NCBI GenBank assembly: GCA_965261395.1 | Contig: OZ253462.1 | Location: forward strand, 5,696,001 to 5,760,000 | Length of the DNA stretch: 64,000 nucleotides | Reading direction: 5' to 3' | Source: Candidatus Latescibacterota bacterium | Lineage (GTDB): Bacteria; Latescibacterota; UBA2968; UBA8231 | Shown here: positions 38,117 through 48,211 of the stretch, piece by piece | How the letters are laid out: each line of letters starts with the position of its first letter | How positions within the stretch are numbered: the first letter of the stretch is position 1 | Translations under genes and position numbers: made by a program | The notes under the pieces: model-generated | The model's database searches: none | What the model saw: only the letters and a program-made list of their open reading frames with translations | What the model was told of the DNA's origin: nothing

Positions 38117-41100
38117 TTGCGAAAGGGATACACGTTGCGCCGAGCGACTTTTTCTGCCATTGCCGCGCTGCTCTTCGCCGGAGCGGCCCAAGCCCAGATA
38201 CAAACTATCGTCACGGATCACTTCCGGGTCCATTTCACGCTTGGGGCCGAGGGCACTGCGCGCCGAGTGGCCGAAACCTGCGAGGAGGTCTTCCCTACCT
38301 TAGCGGCGGCCTACGATTACTACGACGATTTTCGCACCATCCACGTCATCGTCCTCGACAACTCTGACCAGCTAGGCAACGGCTGGGCCAACTACTACAG
38401 CAATACCATGGCCATCTGGGCCACTAGTCTCGACTTTGAACTGCGCGGCAGTCACGATTGGATCAAAAACGTGGTCACGCACGAGTTGACCCACATCATG
38501 ACGCTCAACAAGGCGCGCAAGAAATGGCCCTTCCAGTTTGCGCTGCTCTCGGTCTCGCGCTTCGACTCCAATCCGGACATTACGTTTCAGTTCCCGCTGT
38601 ACCATCTCAATGCCCCGCGCGGTTGGACCGAGGGCATCGCCCAATACGGGGCGCACAAATTCGGCTACGACACTTGGGATTCGCACCGCGACATGTTGCT
38701 GCGGATGGCAGCGCTGGAAGACGATCTGCTTTCGTGGGAGGAAATGGGGACGGTCTGGGACCGCACGGGTAAGTTCTACGGCGAGTTCGTGTACAATCAG
38801 GGCTACGCGATGATGGTGTACATCCATCAGCAGTACGGTGCCGAAAAGGTAGATGAGCTGACGCATCAGATCGGCTCGATGAGCTTCGATCCGGCCATTC
38901 GCCGGGTGCTGGGCATTTCCGCCGACCAGTTCTACGCGGATTGGGTCGCCTTCTTGGCCGAGAACTACGGCCGCCTCGAATCCGAAATCCGGACGGGGGG
39001 TTTCTTTGAGGGCATGCCGTTGGACGAGGTCAACGAGGGGGTGCTCGAATATCATCCCGCGCTGTCGCCGGATGGCAAAAAACTGGCGTACCTCACCAGC
39101 GAAAAGCAGGACTTCGCGATCACGTCCCTCAAAATCTACGATTTCGAGACGCAAAAAAAGACCAAGCTCAAAGGCTGGATAGATACGCGGATTGGCTGGT
39201 CCCCCGACGGGGAGGAGATCGTCTTTGTCCGCAACAAGGGCGGCTTTAACGACCTCTATATCTACAACTTGGCCGCGGACAAGGAGCGCCGCATCAGCGC
39301 TAGGCTGCGCGCCAAAGACCCCTCGTTTTCCCCCGATGGCCAGCGCATCGCCTTTGTGCACAATGAGGACGGGACCAACAACCTCGGCCTCGTAAATCGC
39401 GACGGCACGGACTTGGTCTATCTGACGAACAACAACGACGCCACCCAATACATGGCACCGCGCTTCTCGCCCGACGGCGAGTGGCTGCTCTTCAGCCTGT
39501 TCCGCGGCGAGGATCGCGACATTGCGATGATTCGCGCCGATAGCCCGCCGCGACCCAAGGTCTTTGAGAAGGCCAAAAAGAAAAAGAAGAGCGACGAAGA
39601 CGAAGACGAGGAGGAGAAAACGGAAGAAACCATTGACGTCTTTCCCGATACCGTGGCCTTTGCCCATCCCGACTCGTCGGGGTTTCGCGCGGTGGTTGCC
39701 TCGCTGGCTGACGAGCGCGATCCGCACTGGTTGCCCGATGGCTCGGGTTTTGTGTTCTCGTCGGACCAGAGCGGCATTTTTAACATCTATCGCTATCGCT
39801 TGGAAAACCGCGAAGTCGAGCAGCTAACTAACGTCGTTGGCGGAGCTTTTGTGCCGACCGTAGCCGCCGATGAGAGCGTCGTGTACAGTGGCTACCACTC
39901 CAACGACTATAGTCTCTATCGCTTCGAGATGGGCGAATTCGAGCGCGATGCGCACTTCGAGCCGGTGGCTATGCGCGACTATCGCTCCATCTTCGACGGT
40001 CCAAAGCTCGCCGATCAGCACCTGATCGCGTCATATAGGGGGCGCAACGTCTTGCGCTACATCCCGATTCTACAGGTCGGCCCCACGTTTGTCGGGAATA
40101 CCTTTGGCCTTAATCAAGCTAGTGGTGGCTTGCAGTTTACCACTGGGGACATGTTCGGCGGTCAGGAACTGACGGCTTGGGGTATCGTCGGCAAGAACAT
40201 GCGCGACGCCACCGATCTCAATACGGATGTCGGCTTCTTCTACGAGCGCCGGCTCCGGCCACAGGTGGGCAACAACCGGACCTTCAATCCCTCGTTTTAC
40301 ATAGCGGGTCGGCGGCGCGAAATCGACAACCTGCTCAAGGACAGCCAGATCCGGGTCGATACGCTCGAGGTGGGCAATATCTATCCGGTCCCGGTTGATT
40401 CGGTCTCCAGCTTGCTCATCCCGGATGTCCAGCAATACATCTATCAGGGCACTAGTCGCCAAGATTTGTTCAAGACCGCCTTGGGGCAACTCGCTGTCGG
40501 CGTCGATATGCCGCTGACCCGGCGCACCGAGTTGAACGCCCTCTACCTATGGCGCAACTACGCCGAGGGCTGGACCTTGCGCCGCTTCCGCAGCCAGAAC
40601 CAGATCTATTTGGTGCAAGACGGCGTCGATGTGTCGGACTCCTTAGGCTTAGACCCGGCGATTTTGAGCCAAGATACCCTATTGGTTAACAGCGAGGATC
40701 CGCTGAAATTTTACGGCGACCTCAGCTTTTTTCGCACGCACATGTTGAGCATGGCTTGGCGCTACCGGAAGATCAACCCCACAGCCGACCGGTTGATCAG
40801 CCCATCGGGCCGCGCCATGGCCTTGGTCTATCGCTATCTGATGCCGACCGTGGCCGATTCGCTGACCGAGCAAATCCCCACTGACGGAGTCCCCCGCGAT
40901 CAGTTCGTAGGCGTCGAGCGCCGTCTGCGGATCAACGAATACGTGGCCGCGTACAACGAGCGGATCAGCTTGCCGTTCGATAATTCGCTCAACATTGAGC
41001 TAATTGGCGCGTACAAAAACATCCGGCTCAAGCCTCGCTTTATCGAGGAGGGTGGGTTCTTTGAGGGCCGCTTTTATTGGCCCCTGCGCTACTATATCGG

Positions 41101-41515
41101 CGGGCGAAACTTCCTCAGCGGCTATCCCTATTTCACCGACTCTGGCTCCAAACTGCTCTACGCCCGCGTCGGCTACGGGTTTCCGATCCTCAAGCGCATC
41201 AGCAGCCGCTTTATCAATTTCAACTTTTCCAAACTCTACGCTGAGCTATTCGCCGAAGCCGGGGTAGTGGGCAACTTCTCGCGCTTTGAGGACATTGACT
41301 TCTGGTCGGGCGAGCGATGGCGGTCTCGGCCTAACACCGACAAATTCCTGACCGACGTGGGCGGCGAGTTGCGGCTACAGCTTTTTACCTTCTATCGCAT
41401 CCCCATGTTCGCCTACGTCCAAGTGGCGCATCCGCTCAATCGAAAGCGGGTTTCCAGAGACGAGGACGACCCCCTAATCGACAAGTGGCGCTACTACTTT
41501 GGGTTCGGGCTATGA
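38117..41515 (+). CDS. Exported zincin (HExxH) + PD40/TolB-like propeller + C-terminal beta-barrel-like protein
   Basis: Signal peptide; VTHELTH...WTEGIAQY; repeats SPDGKKLAY, WSPDGEEI, FSPDGQRI, FSPDGEWL; ends YYFGFGL. Confidence 0.8.
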   Translation: MRKGYTLRRATFSAIAALLFAGAAQAQIQTIVTDHFRVHFTLGAEGTARRVAETCEEVFPTLAAAYDYYDDFRTIHVIVLDNSDQLGNGWANYYSNTMAIWATSLDFELRGSHDWIKNVVTHELTHIMTLNKARKKWPFQFALLSVSRFDSNPDITFQFPLYHLNAPRGWTEGIAQYGAHKFGYDTWDSHRDMLLRMAALEDDLLSWEEMGTVWDRTGKFYGEFVYNQGYAMMVYIHQQYGAEKVDELTHQIGSMSFDPAIRRVLGISADQFYADWVAFLAENYGRLESEIRTGGFFEGMPLDEVNEGVLEYHPALSPDGKKLAYLTSEKQDFAITSLKIYDFETQKKTKLKGWIDTRIGWSPDGEEIVFVRNKGGFNDLYIYNLAADKERRISARLRAKDPSFSPDGQRIAFVHNEDGTNNLGLVNRDGTDLVYLTNNNDATQYMAPRFSPDGEWLLFSLFRGEDRDIAMIRADSPPRPKVFEKAKKKKKSDEDEDEEEKTEETIDVFPDTVAFAHPDSSGFRAVVASLADERDPHWLPDGSGFVFSSDQSGIFNIYRYRLENREVEQLTNVVGGAFVPTVAADESVVYSGYHSNDYSLYRFEMGEFERDAHFEPVAMRDYRSIFDGPKLADQHLIASYRGRNVLRYIPILQVGPTFVGNTFGLNQASGGLQFTTGDMFGGQELTAWGIVGKNMRDATDLNTDVGFFYERRLRPQVGNNRTFNPSFYIAGRRREIDNLLKDSQIRVDTLEVGNIYPVPVDSVSSLLIPDVQQYIYQGTSRQDLFKTALGQLAVGVDMPLTRRTELNALYLWRNYAEGWTLRRFRSQNQIYLVQDGVDVSDSLGLDPAILSQDTLLVNSEDPLKFYGDLSFFRTHMLSMAWRYRKINPTADRLISPSGRAMALVYRYLMPTVADSLTEQIPTDGVPRDQFVGVERRLRINEYVAAYNERISLPFDNSLNIELIGAYKNIRLKPRFIEEGGFFEGRFYWPLRYYIGGRNFLSGYPYFTDSGSKLLYARVGYGFPILKRISSRFINFNFSKLYAELFAEAGVVGNFSRFEDIDFWSGERWRSRPNTDKFLTDVGGELRLQLFTFYRIPMFAYVQVAHPLNRKRVSRDEDDPLIDKWRYYFGFGL

Positions 41516-41661
41516 AGCCTGGAGAGCGTTGGGTAGGCAAAGTCGATCTGCACAAGTTGGCCTTGCGGCTCAAGGTAGTGGAAATGATCGGCATATACTC
41601 CCACCGCCGTCGCCTCGACGAGGCCCATTTGCGCTGGTATCGCTTGATCCAGCCCAACTGA
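41512..41661 (+). CDS. Putative 49-aa small protein coupled to the upstream gene
   Basis: ATGA overlap with the upstream stop; MKPGERWVGKVDLHKLALRLKVVEMIGIYSHRRRLDEAHLRWYRLIQPN fills the gap to the next gene. Confidence 0.45.
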   Translation: MKPGERWVGKVDLHKLALRLKVVEMIGIYSHRRRLDEAHLRWYRLIQPN

Positions 41662-41669
41662 TCTACGTT

Positions 41670-42194
41670 TTAAGTTCGATCTCGTTTCGAGAGCCTGAGT
41701 GCGAGCTGCGCGTAGCTCAAGCTGGAGACGACGACCAAGGCCGCTGCCACTAGGCCTAGTCCCGTGCGCAAGCTGGCTGGGGCCTCTATGATATAGCTAA
41801 GGGCCGTAAGTGCCATGCAGAGGGTCGTGTATTTGCCCCAGCGGTTGGCGGCAATGATCAGCCCCTGTGAACGCAAGAGCAACCCCCCCACCAGTACGAT
41901 TCCCAAATCGCGGACAAAGAGCATTCCCAACAGCCACAGCGGCAAATCGCGCCAGAGGACTAGACTGCCGAGTAGGCAGGCGAGGAAAATTTTATCGGCC
42001 AGTGGGTCGAGTATTTTGCCGAGGCGGGAGATTTGGTTGTAGCGCCGCGCCACCCAGCCGTCGCCGATGTCCGTGGCACCGGCAATGAGCAGCAGCAGCA
42101 CGGTTTGGAACTGGGCCGCCGGCCCTTGGGCGATGAAGTGAAGTAGGAAGGGGATGAGCAGAACCCGCAGGACACTGAGGAAGTTGGCCAACAT
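41670..42194 (-). CDS. CDP-alcohol phosphatidyltransferase (PgsA/Cls-like); start ATG 42194
   Basis: ANFLSVLR; TDIGDGWVARRYNQISRLGKILDPLADK signature. Confidence 0.9.
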   Translation of the reverse strand: MLANFLSVLRVLLIPFLLHFIAQGPAAQFQTVLLLLIAGATDIGDGWVARRYNQISRLGKILDPLADKIFLACLLGSLVLWRDLPLWLLGMLFVRDLGIVLVGGLLLRSQGLIIAANRWGKYTTLCMALTALSYIIEAPASLRTGLGLVAAALVVVSSLSYAQLALRLSKRDRT

Positions 42195-42201
42195 TGCCGG
42201 G

Positions 42202-43893
42202 CTATTGCAGCATTTCGCGGGCGTGTTGGCGCGCCGTATCTGAAATGGTCTCGCCGGCCAACAGATAGGCAATTTCTTCGGCTCGGGCCGTTGCGTCGAG
42301 TAGCACGACCTCGGTGGTGGTCCGCTGCTGCTCCTGCTGCTTGCGCACCGAAAAATGCCGGTCGGCGAGGCTGGCGATCTGCGGCAGGTGGGTGATGACG
42401 ATGGTTTGGTGCGCCGCGGAGAGGGACTGTAGCCTGCGGCCGACGGCCGCGGCGATGCGCCCTGAGATACCAGCATCGATTTCGTCGAAGACCAAGGTCG
42501 AAACGAGGTCGCGCCCGGCGACGGCTTCCTTGAGGGCCAGCATCACGCGCGAGATTTCCCCGCCCGAGGCAATCCGCGCTAAGGGTCGCGGGGGTTCACC
42601 GGCATTGGCGGAAATGTGGAAGGCGACGTGCTCCATGCCGTGCTCGCCAGCCGCGTAGCGACGCCCATCGCGCTCAACTGCCCCCTCTGGATCTTCGGCG
42701 GCTACCAGCTCGATGTAGAACTGGGCCTTGGCCATGCCCAACTCCCCAAGGGAAGCGACTAGCGACCGAGACAAGGTGGCGCTGGCCTGCTGGCGAGCCG
42801 CAGAAAGGGCTAGGCAACAGGCGGCAAACTCGGCGAGTGCTTGATCGCGGTGTTTAGCTGCGCGGACCAGCTCGTCGCGGAGGCGGCCAGCGCGGTCTTC
42901 TCGCACCGAAAGCTCGCGGGCGCGTTCTAAGACAGCGTCGAGGGTGCCGCCATATTTCTTTTTTAAAGCGCGCAGCCCGTCGCGGCGCTCGTGTAGCTCG
43001 TCGGCCCGCCCGGGGCGCACCTCGATTCTGCGGGCGTAGTCTCGCAGTTGGCCGGCTAGATCTTCGACTTCGTAGATAAGTTCCTCTAAGGCCGCGGCTT
43101 GGGGGCCGAGCGCAGGGTCGATTTCGCGGAGCCGGTCGAGCTGGCGTCGAACTTGGCCGAGTGCTTCGCAAACAGCCCCTTCGCGCTGATAGAGCAGGTC
43201 GTAGAGTTGGAGGCCGCCCTCGGATAGGGTCTCGGCGTTTTCGAGGACTTGCAACTCGCGTTCCAACTCGGGCTCTTCGCCCGGTTGGGGCGCGAGGCGA
43301 CGGATCTCTTCTAGCTGGAAGGCCCGTAGCGAGTCTTCGGCCGCGAGCCCGTCGCGCTCTGCGCGCAGCCGGTCGAGGTGGGCTGAGCTATCGCGGTAAA
43401 CTCGCCAGTGCTGTCCCACGAGGCGGCGCTGGTCGTCGAGGCCGGCAAACGCGTCGAGAAAGCGGGCGTGGAGCTTGGGGTCTAGCAGCGATTGGTGTTC
43501 GTGTTGGCCGTGCAGATCCACCAAGACCGAGCCGATTTGCTTTAGTTGCTTGATTGGCTGGCCTTGGCCATTGACAAAAGCCCGCGAGCGGCCTTGGCCG
43601 CGGATCTCGCGGCGGAGGATGAGTTGGCCGTCTTCTAGGGAAACGCCCAGATCGGCCAAGCGCGCGATTTGTTCTTTGTCGCCGAGTTCAAAAAAGCCCT
43701 CTACCGCGCACGAGCTGGCCCCTTTGCGCACCAACTCGGCGTTGACTGGGCCGCCGAGGATGGAGTTGAGGGCGCCGATGAGGATGGACTTGCCGGCCCC
43801 GGTCTCGCCGGTGACGACGTTGAGGCCGGGGCCGAATTCGATCACCGCTTCTTCGATGAGGGCAAAGTCTTTGATGTAGAGGCGAGTCAACAT
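42202..43893 (-). CDS. recN: DNA repair protein RecN
   Basis: TGETGAGKS, DLHGQHEHQ, IASGGEISRVMLALK, FDEIDAGISG, ITHLPQIA. Confidence 0.97.
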   Translation of the reverse strand: MLTRLYIKDFALIEEAVIEFGPGLNVVTGETGAGKSILIGALNSILGGPVNAELVRKGASSCAVEGFFELGDKEQIARLADLGVSLEDGQLILRREIRGQGRSRAFVNGQGQPIKQLKQIGSVLVDLHGQHEHQSLLDPKLHARFLDAFAGLDDQRRLVGQHWRVYRDSSAHLDRLRAERDGLAAEDSLRAFQLEEIRRLAPQPGEEPELERELQVLENAETLSEGGLQLYDLLYQREGAVCEALGQVRRQLDRLREIDPALGPQAAALEELIYEVEDLAGQLRDYARRIEVRPGRADELHERRDGLRALKKKYGGTLDAVLERARELSVREDRAGRLRDELVRAAKHRDQALAEFAACCLALSAARQQASATLSRSLVASLGELGMAKAQFYIELVAAEDPEGAVERDGRRYAAGEHGMEHVAFHISANAGEPPRPLARIASGGEISRVMLALKEAVAGRDLVSTLVFDEIDAGISGRIAAAVGRRLQSLSAAHQTIVITHLPQIASLADRHFSVRKQQEQQRTTTEVVLLDATARAEEIAYLLAGETISDTARQHAREMLQ

Positions 43894-43914
43894 CGGGCCG
43901 AGGCCGAGGAGCGG

Positions 43915-44145
43915 CTATTGGTCGTCTTCGTCGTCCAGAAAGGAGAGGCGGAACTGGCCCTCGGCGTCGGCGGTGAGGACTTGGACGCGCTCGCGGGTCT
44001 GGTCGAGCCACTGGCCACAGGTGCGCGAGGCGGCGACGCCTTTTTCAAATACTTCGAGGGCCTCTTCGAGTTTGAGCTCGCCCGCTTCGAGGCGCTGGAC
44101 GCTCTCTTCGAGCACGGCTAGGGATTCTTCAAAAGACTCACTCAT
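43915..44145 (-). CDS. xseB: Exodeoxyribonuclease VII small subunit
   Basis: SFEESLAVLEESVQRLEAGELKLEEALEVFEKG. Confidence 0.93.
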   Translation of the reverse strand: MSESFEESLAVLEESVQRLEAGELKLEEALEVFEKGVAASRTCGQWLDQTRERVQVLTADAEGQFRLSFLDDEDDQ

Positions 44146-45382
44146 CGAGTTTCTCCTCTACACAGCAGATGGCGCCTCCGCGGCGAAAGCGCAGTTGCAG
44201 TTTATCGCCCGGCTGAAGCTGGTTGCTGTCGCGGACGAGGTGTTTGTTGGCGACGTGTTCCACTAGGGAAAAACCGCGCGCTAGGCTCGTGAGCGGGCTG
44301 AGGTCGTCGAGGCGGGTGGCGGCGTTGGCTAGGGCCTCGACCCGAGTGCGCAAAAACCAATCGAGGGCGGTAGAAAGGGCTTGGCGTCGCTCGTCGAGGT
44401 ATAGGCTTTGCTGTTGCAAGCGGTCGTCGAGGCGTGCGCGCAGACGGCTCGGGTCGCAGTGGCGCAACCGCTCTTCTAAGGAGCTGAGGTGGCGCTCCAT
44501 TTCCGCTAGCAACCGGCCTTGTTGCCCAGCGACTCGCTCGCGCAGAGCACTGCGTTCACGGGCGACCATTTCGGCCGCGGCCGAGGGGGTGGGGGCACGA
44601 CAGTCGGCCACATAATCGGCGATGGTGTAATCGATCTCGTGGCCGACGGCGGAGATGACGGGCTGGGGAGACTGATAGATGGCCCGGGCGACGGATTCGT
44701 CGTTGAAGGGCCAGAGGTCTTCTGGAGCACCACCGCCGCGGCCGACGATCAACACGTCGATGTCGTCTAGCTGATTCAAGCTAGCGATGGCCCTGGCGAT
44801 TTCAACCGCTGCACCCTCGCCTTGGACCCGAGCGGGGCAGAGGACGATCTCGATATCCGGGGCGCGGCGGTCGAGGATTTGAATGATGTCGCGGATGGCC
44901 GTGCCGGTCGGCGAGGTCACCACGCCGATTTTGCGGGGATACGGAGGCAGGGGTCGCTTGCGGTTTTCGGCAAAAAGCCCTTCAGCCGCTAGGCGGTTTT
45001 TGAGCTGCTCAAAGGCGATGGCTAACTCGCCGACGCCAGCGGGTTTGATCTGCTCGGCGTAGAGCTGGTACTTCCCCCCGCGCTCGAAGACGGAGATATT
45101 TCCGTACACCTGCACCTGCATGCCCTGTTGGGGGGTGAAGGAGAGCGAGCCGGCCTGCCATTTGAACATCACCGCGCTTAGCTGGCTCGCGTTGTCTTTG
45201 AGCGTGAAATAGCGATGGCCAGAGCTGTGGTGGTTGTACTGGGAAATCTCGCCCTCGACCCAGCACTTGGGCAAGTTCTCCTCGAGTAGGCCCTTGACTT
45301 GGCTGGTGATTTCGGAGACTGAGTAAGGCCGGTGGGCTAAGTCTTCGGCATCGGTCCAGAAGACCGGCTCTCGAAAGGACAT
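44138..45382 (-). CDS. xseA: Exodeoxyribonuclease VII large subunit
   Basis: WVEGEIS, SGHRYFTLKD, IGVVTSPTG, VGRGGG, SAVGHEID, RAPTPSAAAE. Confidence 0.96.
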   Translation of the reverse strand: MSFREPVFWTDAEDLAHRPYSVSEITSQVKGLLEENLPKCWVEGEISQYNHHSSGHRYFTLKDNASQLSAVMFKWQAGSLSFTPQQGMQVQVYGNISVFERGGKYQLYAEQIKPAGVGELAIAFEQLKNRLAAEGLFAENRKRPLPPYPRKIGVVTSPTGTAIRDIIQILDRRAPDIEIVLCPARVQGEGAAVEIARAIASLNQLDDIDVLIVGRGGGAPEDLWPFNDESVARAIYQSPQPVISAVGHEIDYTIADYVADCRAPTPSAAAEMVARERSALRERVAGQQGRLLAEMERHLSSLEERLRHCDPSRLRARLDDRLQQQSLYLDERRQALSTALDWFLRTRVEALANAATRLDDLSPLTSLARGFSLVEHVANKHLVRDSNQLQPGDKLQLRFRRGGAICCVEEKLDE

Positions 45383-45448
45383 AAGTGCTCCAGTTGGGGA
45401 AGCGGAAGCCGATTGAAGCAAACAGGATAGGCCGCTGAAGAGGCGAGG

Positions 45449-46231
45449 TCAAGACTCCGCTAGCTGCAGTCGCTCGATCCGGGTGGCCCGGCCGCTTGCT
45501 TCGTCGGCCTCGACGAGCGCGCCGCAGAGGGTTGCCTTGCCGTCAGCGGGCTTGAAGCGGGTCGGCACTTGGGTGAGGAAGCGTTGGATGGCCATTTCGG
45601 GACGCACGCCAATCACGGACTCGCGGACACCGGTCATGCCGGCGTCGGTCAGGTACGCCGTGCCTTTGGGCAGGATGCGCTCATCGGCGGTTTGCACATG
45701 GGTGTGGGTGCCGATGACCGCGGTGGCCAGCCCGTCGAGGTGAAAGCCCATGGCCACTTTCTCGGCCGTGGCTTCGGCGTGGAAATCCACAAAAATAAGA
45801 GGTGTCTCCGCGCGCAGTCGCTCGATCTCGGCGCGGCCTGTGCGGAAGGGGCAATCGATGGTGGGCATACTGGTGCGCCCTTGGAGGCAGAGCACGGCCA
45901 CCGGGGAGCCGCCCCGCGCGGTGACGATGGTCGCACCCGTGCCAGGGGCATCTTGGGGGTAGTTGAAGGGGCGCAGGACGCGGTCTGACAAGTCTAGGTA
46001 CGGGATGAACTCGCGGCGGTCCCAGATGTGATTGCCGCTGGTGATGATGTCGGCGCCATAGCTGTGCAGCTTGTGCGCGATGCGGTCGGTGAGGCCAAAC
46101 CCCCCGGCGGCATTTTCGCCGTTGACGATTACCAAAGAGACATCGCGCTTTTGCACCAACTCAGGAATCAAGGCCGCGGCGACCCGGCGACCCGGCTGGG
46201 CAAAGATATCGGCGACGAAGAGAATGTTCAC
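45449..46231 (-). CDS. ymdB: YmdB-family metallophosphoesterase
   Basis: NGENAAGGFG, ITSGNHIWD, VDFHAEATAEK, GTHTHVQTADE, TDAGMTG. Confidence 0.93.
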   Translation of the reverse strand: MNILFVADIFAQPGRRVAAALIPELVQKRDVSLVIVNGENAAGGFGLTDRIAHKLHSYGADIITSGNHIWDRREFIPYLDLSDRVLRPFNYPQDAPGTGATIVTARGGSPVAVLCLQGRTSMPTIDCPFRTGRAEIERLRAETPLIFVDFHAEATAEKVAMGFHLDGLATAVIGTHTHVQTADERILPKGTAYLTDAGMTGVRESVIGVRPEMAIQRFLTQVPTRFKPADGKATLCGALVEADEASGRATRIERLQLAES

Positions 46232-47802
46232 CGCGCGGAGGACTCGGCGCGCATCTCGCGGATGATACAGACGCGCAACTGCCCGGGGTATTCGAGTTGT
46301 TGCTCGAGCTTGCTGGTGATTTCGTCGGCGAGTTGTTCGGCATACGTGTCGTCCACCACCCCGCTATCGACTAAGACCCGAACCTCCTTGCCGTTTTGCA
46401 GGGCAAAAGCTTGCTTCACTCCCACGTAGTCAGCCGCGAGCTCCTCGATGTAATGCAAGCGGCGGATGTACTCCTCGACTTTTTCTTTGCGGGCACCTGG
46501 GCGGTGGGTGGAGATTTCGTTGGCAGCTTCGACTAGTACGGCAATGGCCGAGCGCGAGGGCGTGTGCTTGCTGTGGGTTTCGATGATCTGCACGACTTCA
46601 GGGCTTTCGCCGCACTTGCGGGTCAGTACGGCGCTGCTTTGCGCTGGGTCGTTGCCCAACTCGAAGTCCTGTGCCTTGCCTATGTCGTGCAAGAGACCGG
46701 CGCGGCGGGCCAGTGCTATATCGAGGTTGAGCATCTCGGCCATCATGCCGGCCAAAAACCCGACTTCCTTGCTGTGGACCAGCAAGTTTTGGCCGTAGCT
46801 GGTGCGGAAGCGGAGCTTGCCCAGAGTCTCCAATAGCGGCTCAGTCAAGTCGTGAATGCCGAGGTCGAAGGCGGCTTTGGAGCCGGACTCGCGGATCATC
46901 TCCTCGACGGTGCTACGGGACTTGTCGTACACTTCCTCAATGCGGCCGGGGTGGATGCGGCCGTCGCGGATGAGCGTTTCGAGAGTGTGTCTGGCCACCT
47001 CGCGGCGCAGTGGATCAAAGCCCGAGAGCATGACCATGCCAGGGGTATCATCGACGATGACTTCGACACCGGTGATCATTTCAAAGGAGCGGATGTTGCG
47101 GCCATCGCGACCGATGATGCGCCCCTTCATGTCGTCGAAGGGGATGGGCAGCACCGAAAGCGTACTCTCGACGGTCAGTTCACCAGCGAAGCGCTGGATG
47201 GAGCGGGTGATAATTTCCTTGGCCTCTAGGTTGGCCGTGGCCATCGCGGTGTCTTTGATCTCGTGGACCTTGCGGGCGGCGACTTGACGCGCGCCCTCCT
47301 CTAGCTGATCAACGAGCATGCGCCGGGCCTCTTGCTGGCTAATGCCGGCTAGGTCTTCCAGCAGCCGACTCTGCTCGAGGACGAGGGCCTGCACTCGCTT
47401 CTCGGCTGTAGTTATGGCCGCCTCGCGGTGGTCGAGGTCCTGCTCGTTCTTGAGCTGTTCGCGCTCCTTGCTGGTGAGCAGGTCTATTTTGCGCTCTAGT
47501 TGCTGTTCGCGCTCTAGCAGCTTGGCCGCGAGGTCGCGCAGCGAGCGCCGCTGCGTCTCTTGCTCCTTTTCCAGCGGGGCGCGCTCGCTGTGCCATTCGT
47601 CTCTCGCTTCTAGCAAAGCGTTTTTTTTCAGTACCTCGGCTTCTTGGTGAGCGCGGGCGACGATCTGATCGGCGGTGACTTGGGTGCTGCGCAGTCTGCT
47701 GTTGCGCGTCCGCTCACTCCCTAGCCAGCCGAGGAGACAGCCGCCGGCGAAAAAGGCGAAGGCAGAACAGATTAGGACTATATAGTCAAACCCATTAAAC
47801 AT
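46228..47802 (-). CDS. rny: Ribonuclease Y homolog with partly degenerate HD domain
   Basis: N-terminal TM, coiled coil, KH domain MKGRIIGRDGRNIR, FRTSYGQN, LLHDIGKA, RPGAR, YPGQ. Confidence 0.93.
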   Translation of the reverse strand: MFNGFDYIVLICSAFAFFAGGCLLGWLGSERTRNSRLRSTQVTADQIVARAHQEAEVLKKNALLEARDEWHSERAPLEKEQETQRRSLRDLAAKLLEREQQLERKIDLLTSKEREQLKNEQDLDHREAAITTAEKRVQALVLEQSRLLEDLAGISQQEARRMLVDQLEEGARQVAARKVHEIKDTAMATANLEAKEIITRSIQRFAGELTVESTLSVLPIPFDDMKGRIIGRDGRNIRSFEMITGVEVIVDDTPGMVMLSGFDPLRREVARHTLETLIRDGRIHPGRIEEVYDKSRSTVEEMIRESGSKAAFDLGIHDLTEPLLETLGKLRFRTSYGQNLLVHSKEVGFLAGMMAEMLNLDIALARRAGLLHDIGKAQDFELGNDPAQSSAVLTRKCGESPEVVQIIETHSKHTPSRSAIAVLVEAANEISTHRPGARKEKVEEYIRRLHYIEELAADYVGVKQAFALQNGKEVRVLVDSGVVDDTYAEQLADEITSKLEQQLEYPGQLRVCIIREMRAESSAR

Positions 47803-47882
47803 GGGTATCTCTTTCTCATTGGTCTCGACGCCCTTCGGGCATCGGGCCAGAGCACGGGGCGAACCCGGCTTAGAATACTGCT

Positions 47883-48197
47883 TCAGCTATCGGAACGGGG
47901 AACTTCCACTTCGGCGAAAAGATGCCCAAGCGAGGTGGCGAGCTGGGAAGTCCGCAAGGCGATATCGGCTTCGGCGGAAGCGTAGTCCTCCCGCAGGGAT
48001 AGGATTTCCTCCACCAAGCTCAGACTAGCCAAGATGGCCACTTGGAGCGGGGAGCCGCCTTTGACCTCACGCTTGATCTCGTGCATGCGCTCGTCCACCA
48101 TCTCGGCGAGCTTTTGCACGTGTTCGGCAGAGTGATCTTGATCGACTCCTAGGGTATAGTGCTTGTCGAATATTTTGACCACTACTTGGGACGACAT
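47883..48197 (-). CDS. zapA: Cell division protein ZapA
   Basis: VKIFDKHYTL...LAEMVDERM...VAILASLSL; position between pheT and rny. Confidence 0.85.
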   Translation of the reverse strand: MSSQVVVKIFDKHYTLGVDQDHSAEHVQKLAEMVDERMHEIKREVKGGSPLQVAILASLSLVEEILSLREDYASAEADIALRTSQLATSLGHLFAEVEVPRSDS

Positions 48198-48211
48198 GCT
48201 AGACCCCTTTC

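Noticed and set aside
38372-39727. 451-aa antisense ORF and similar shadow ORFs (e.g. 122-1081, 18010-18885, 22267-23013)
   Set aside because: They overlap well-supported genes on the opposite strand, have no motifs, and are expected in GC-rich DNA
47803-47882. 6S RNA, often found downstream of zapA
   Set aside because: The gap is only 80 nt with one small hairpin, far shorter than a typical 6S RNA
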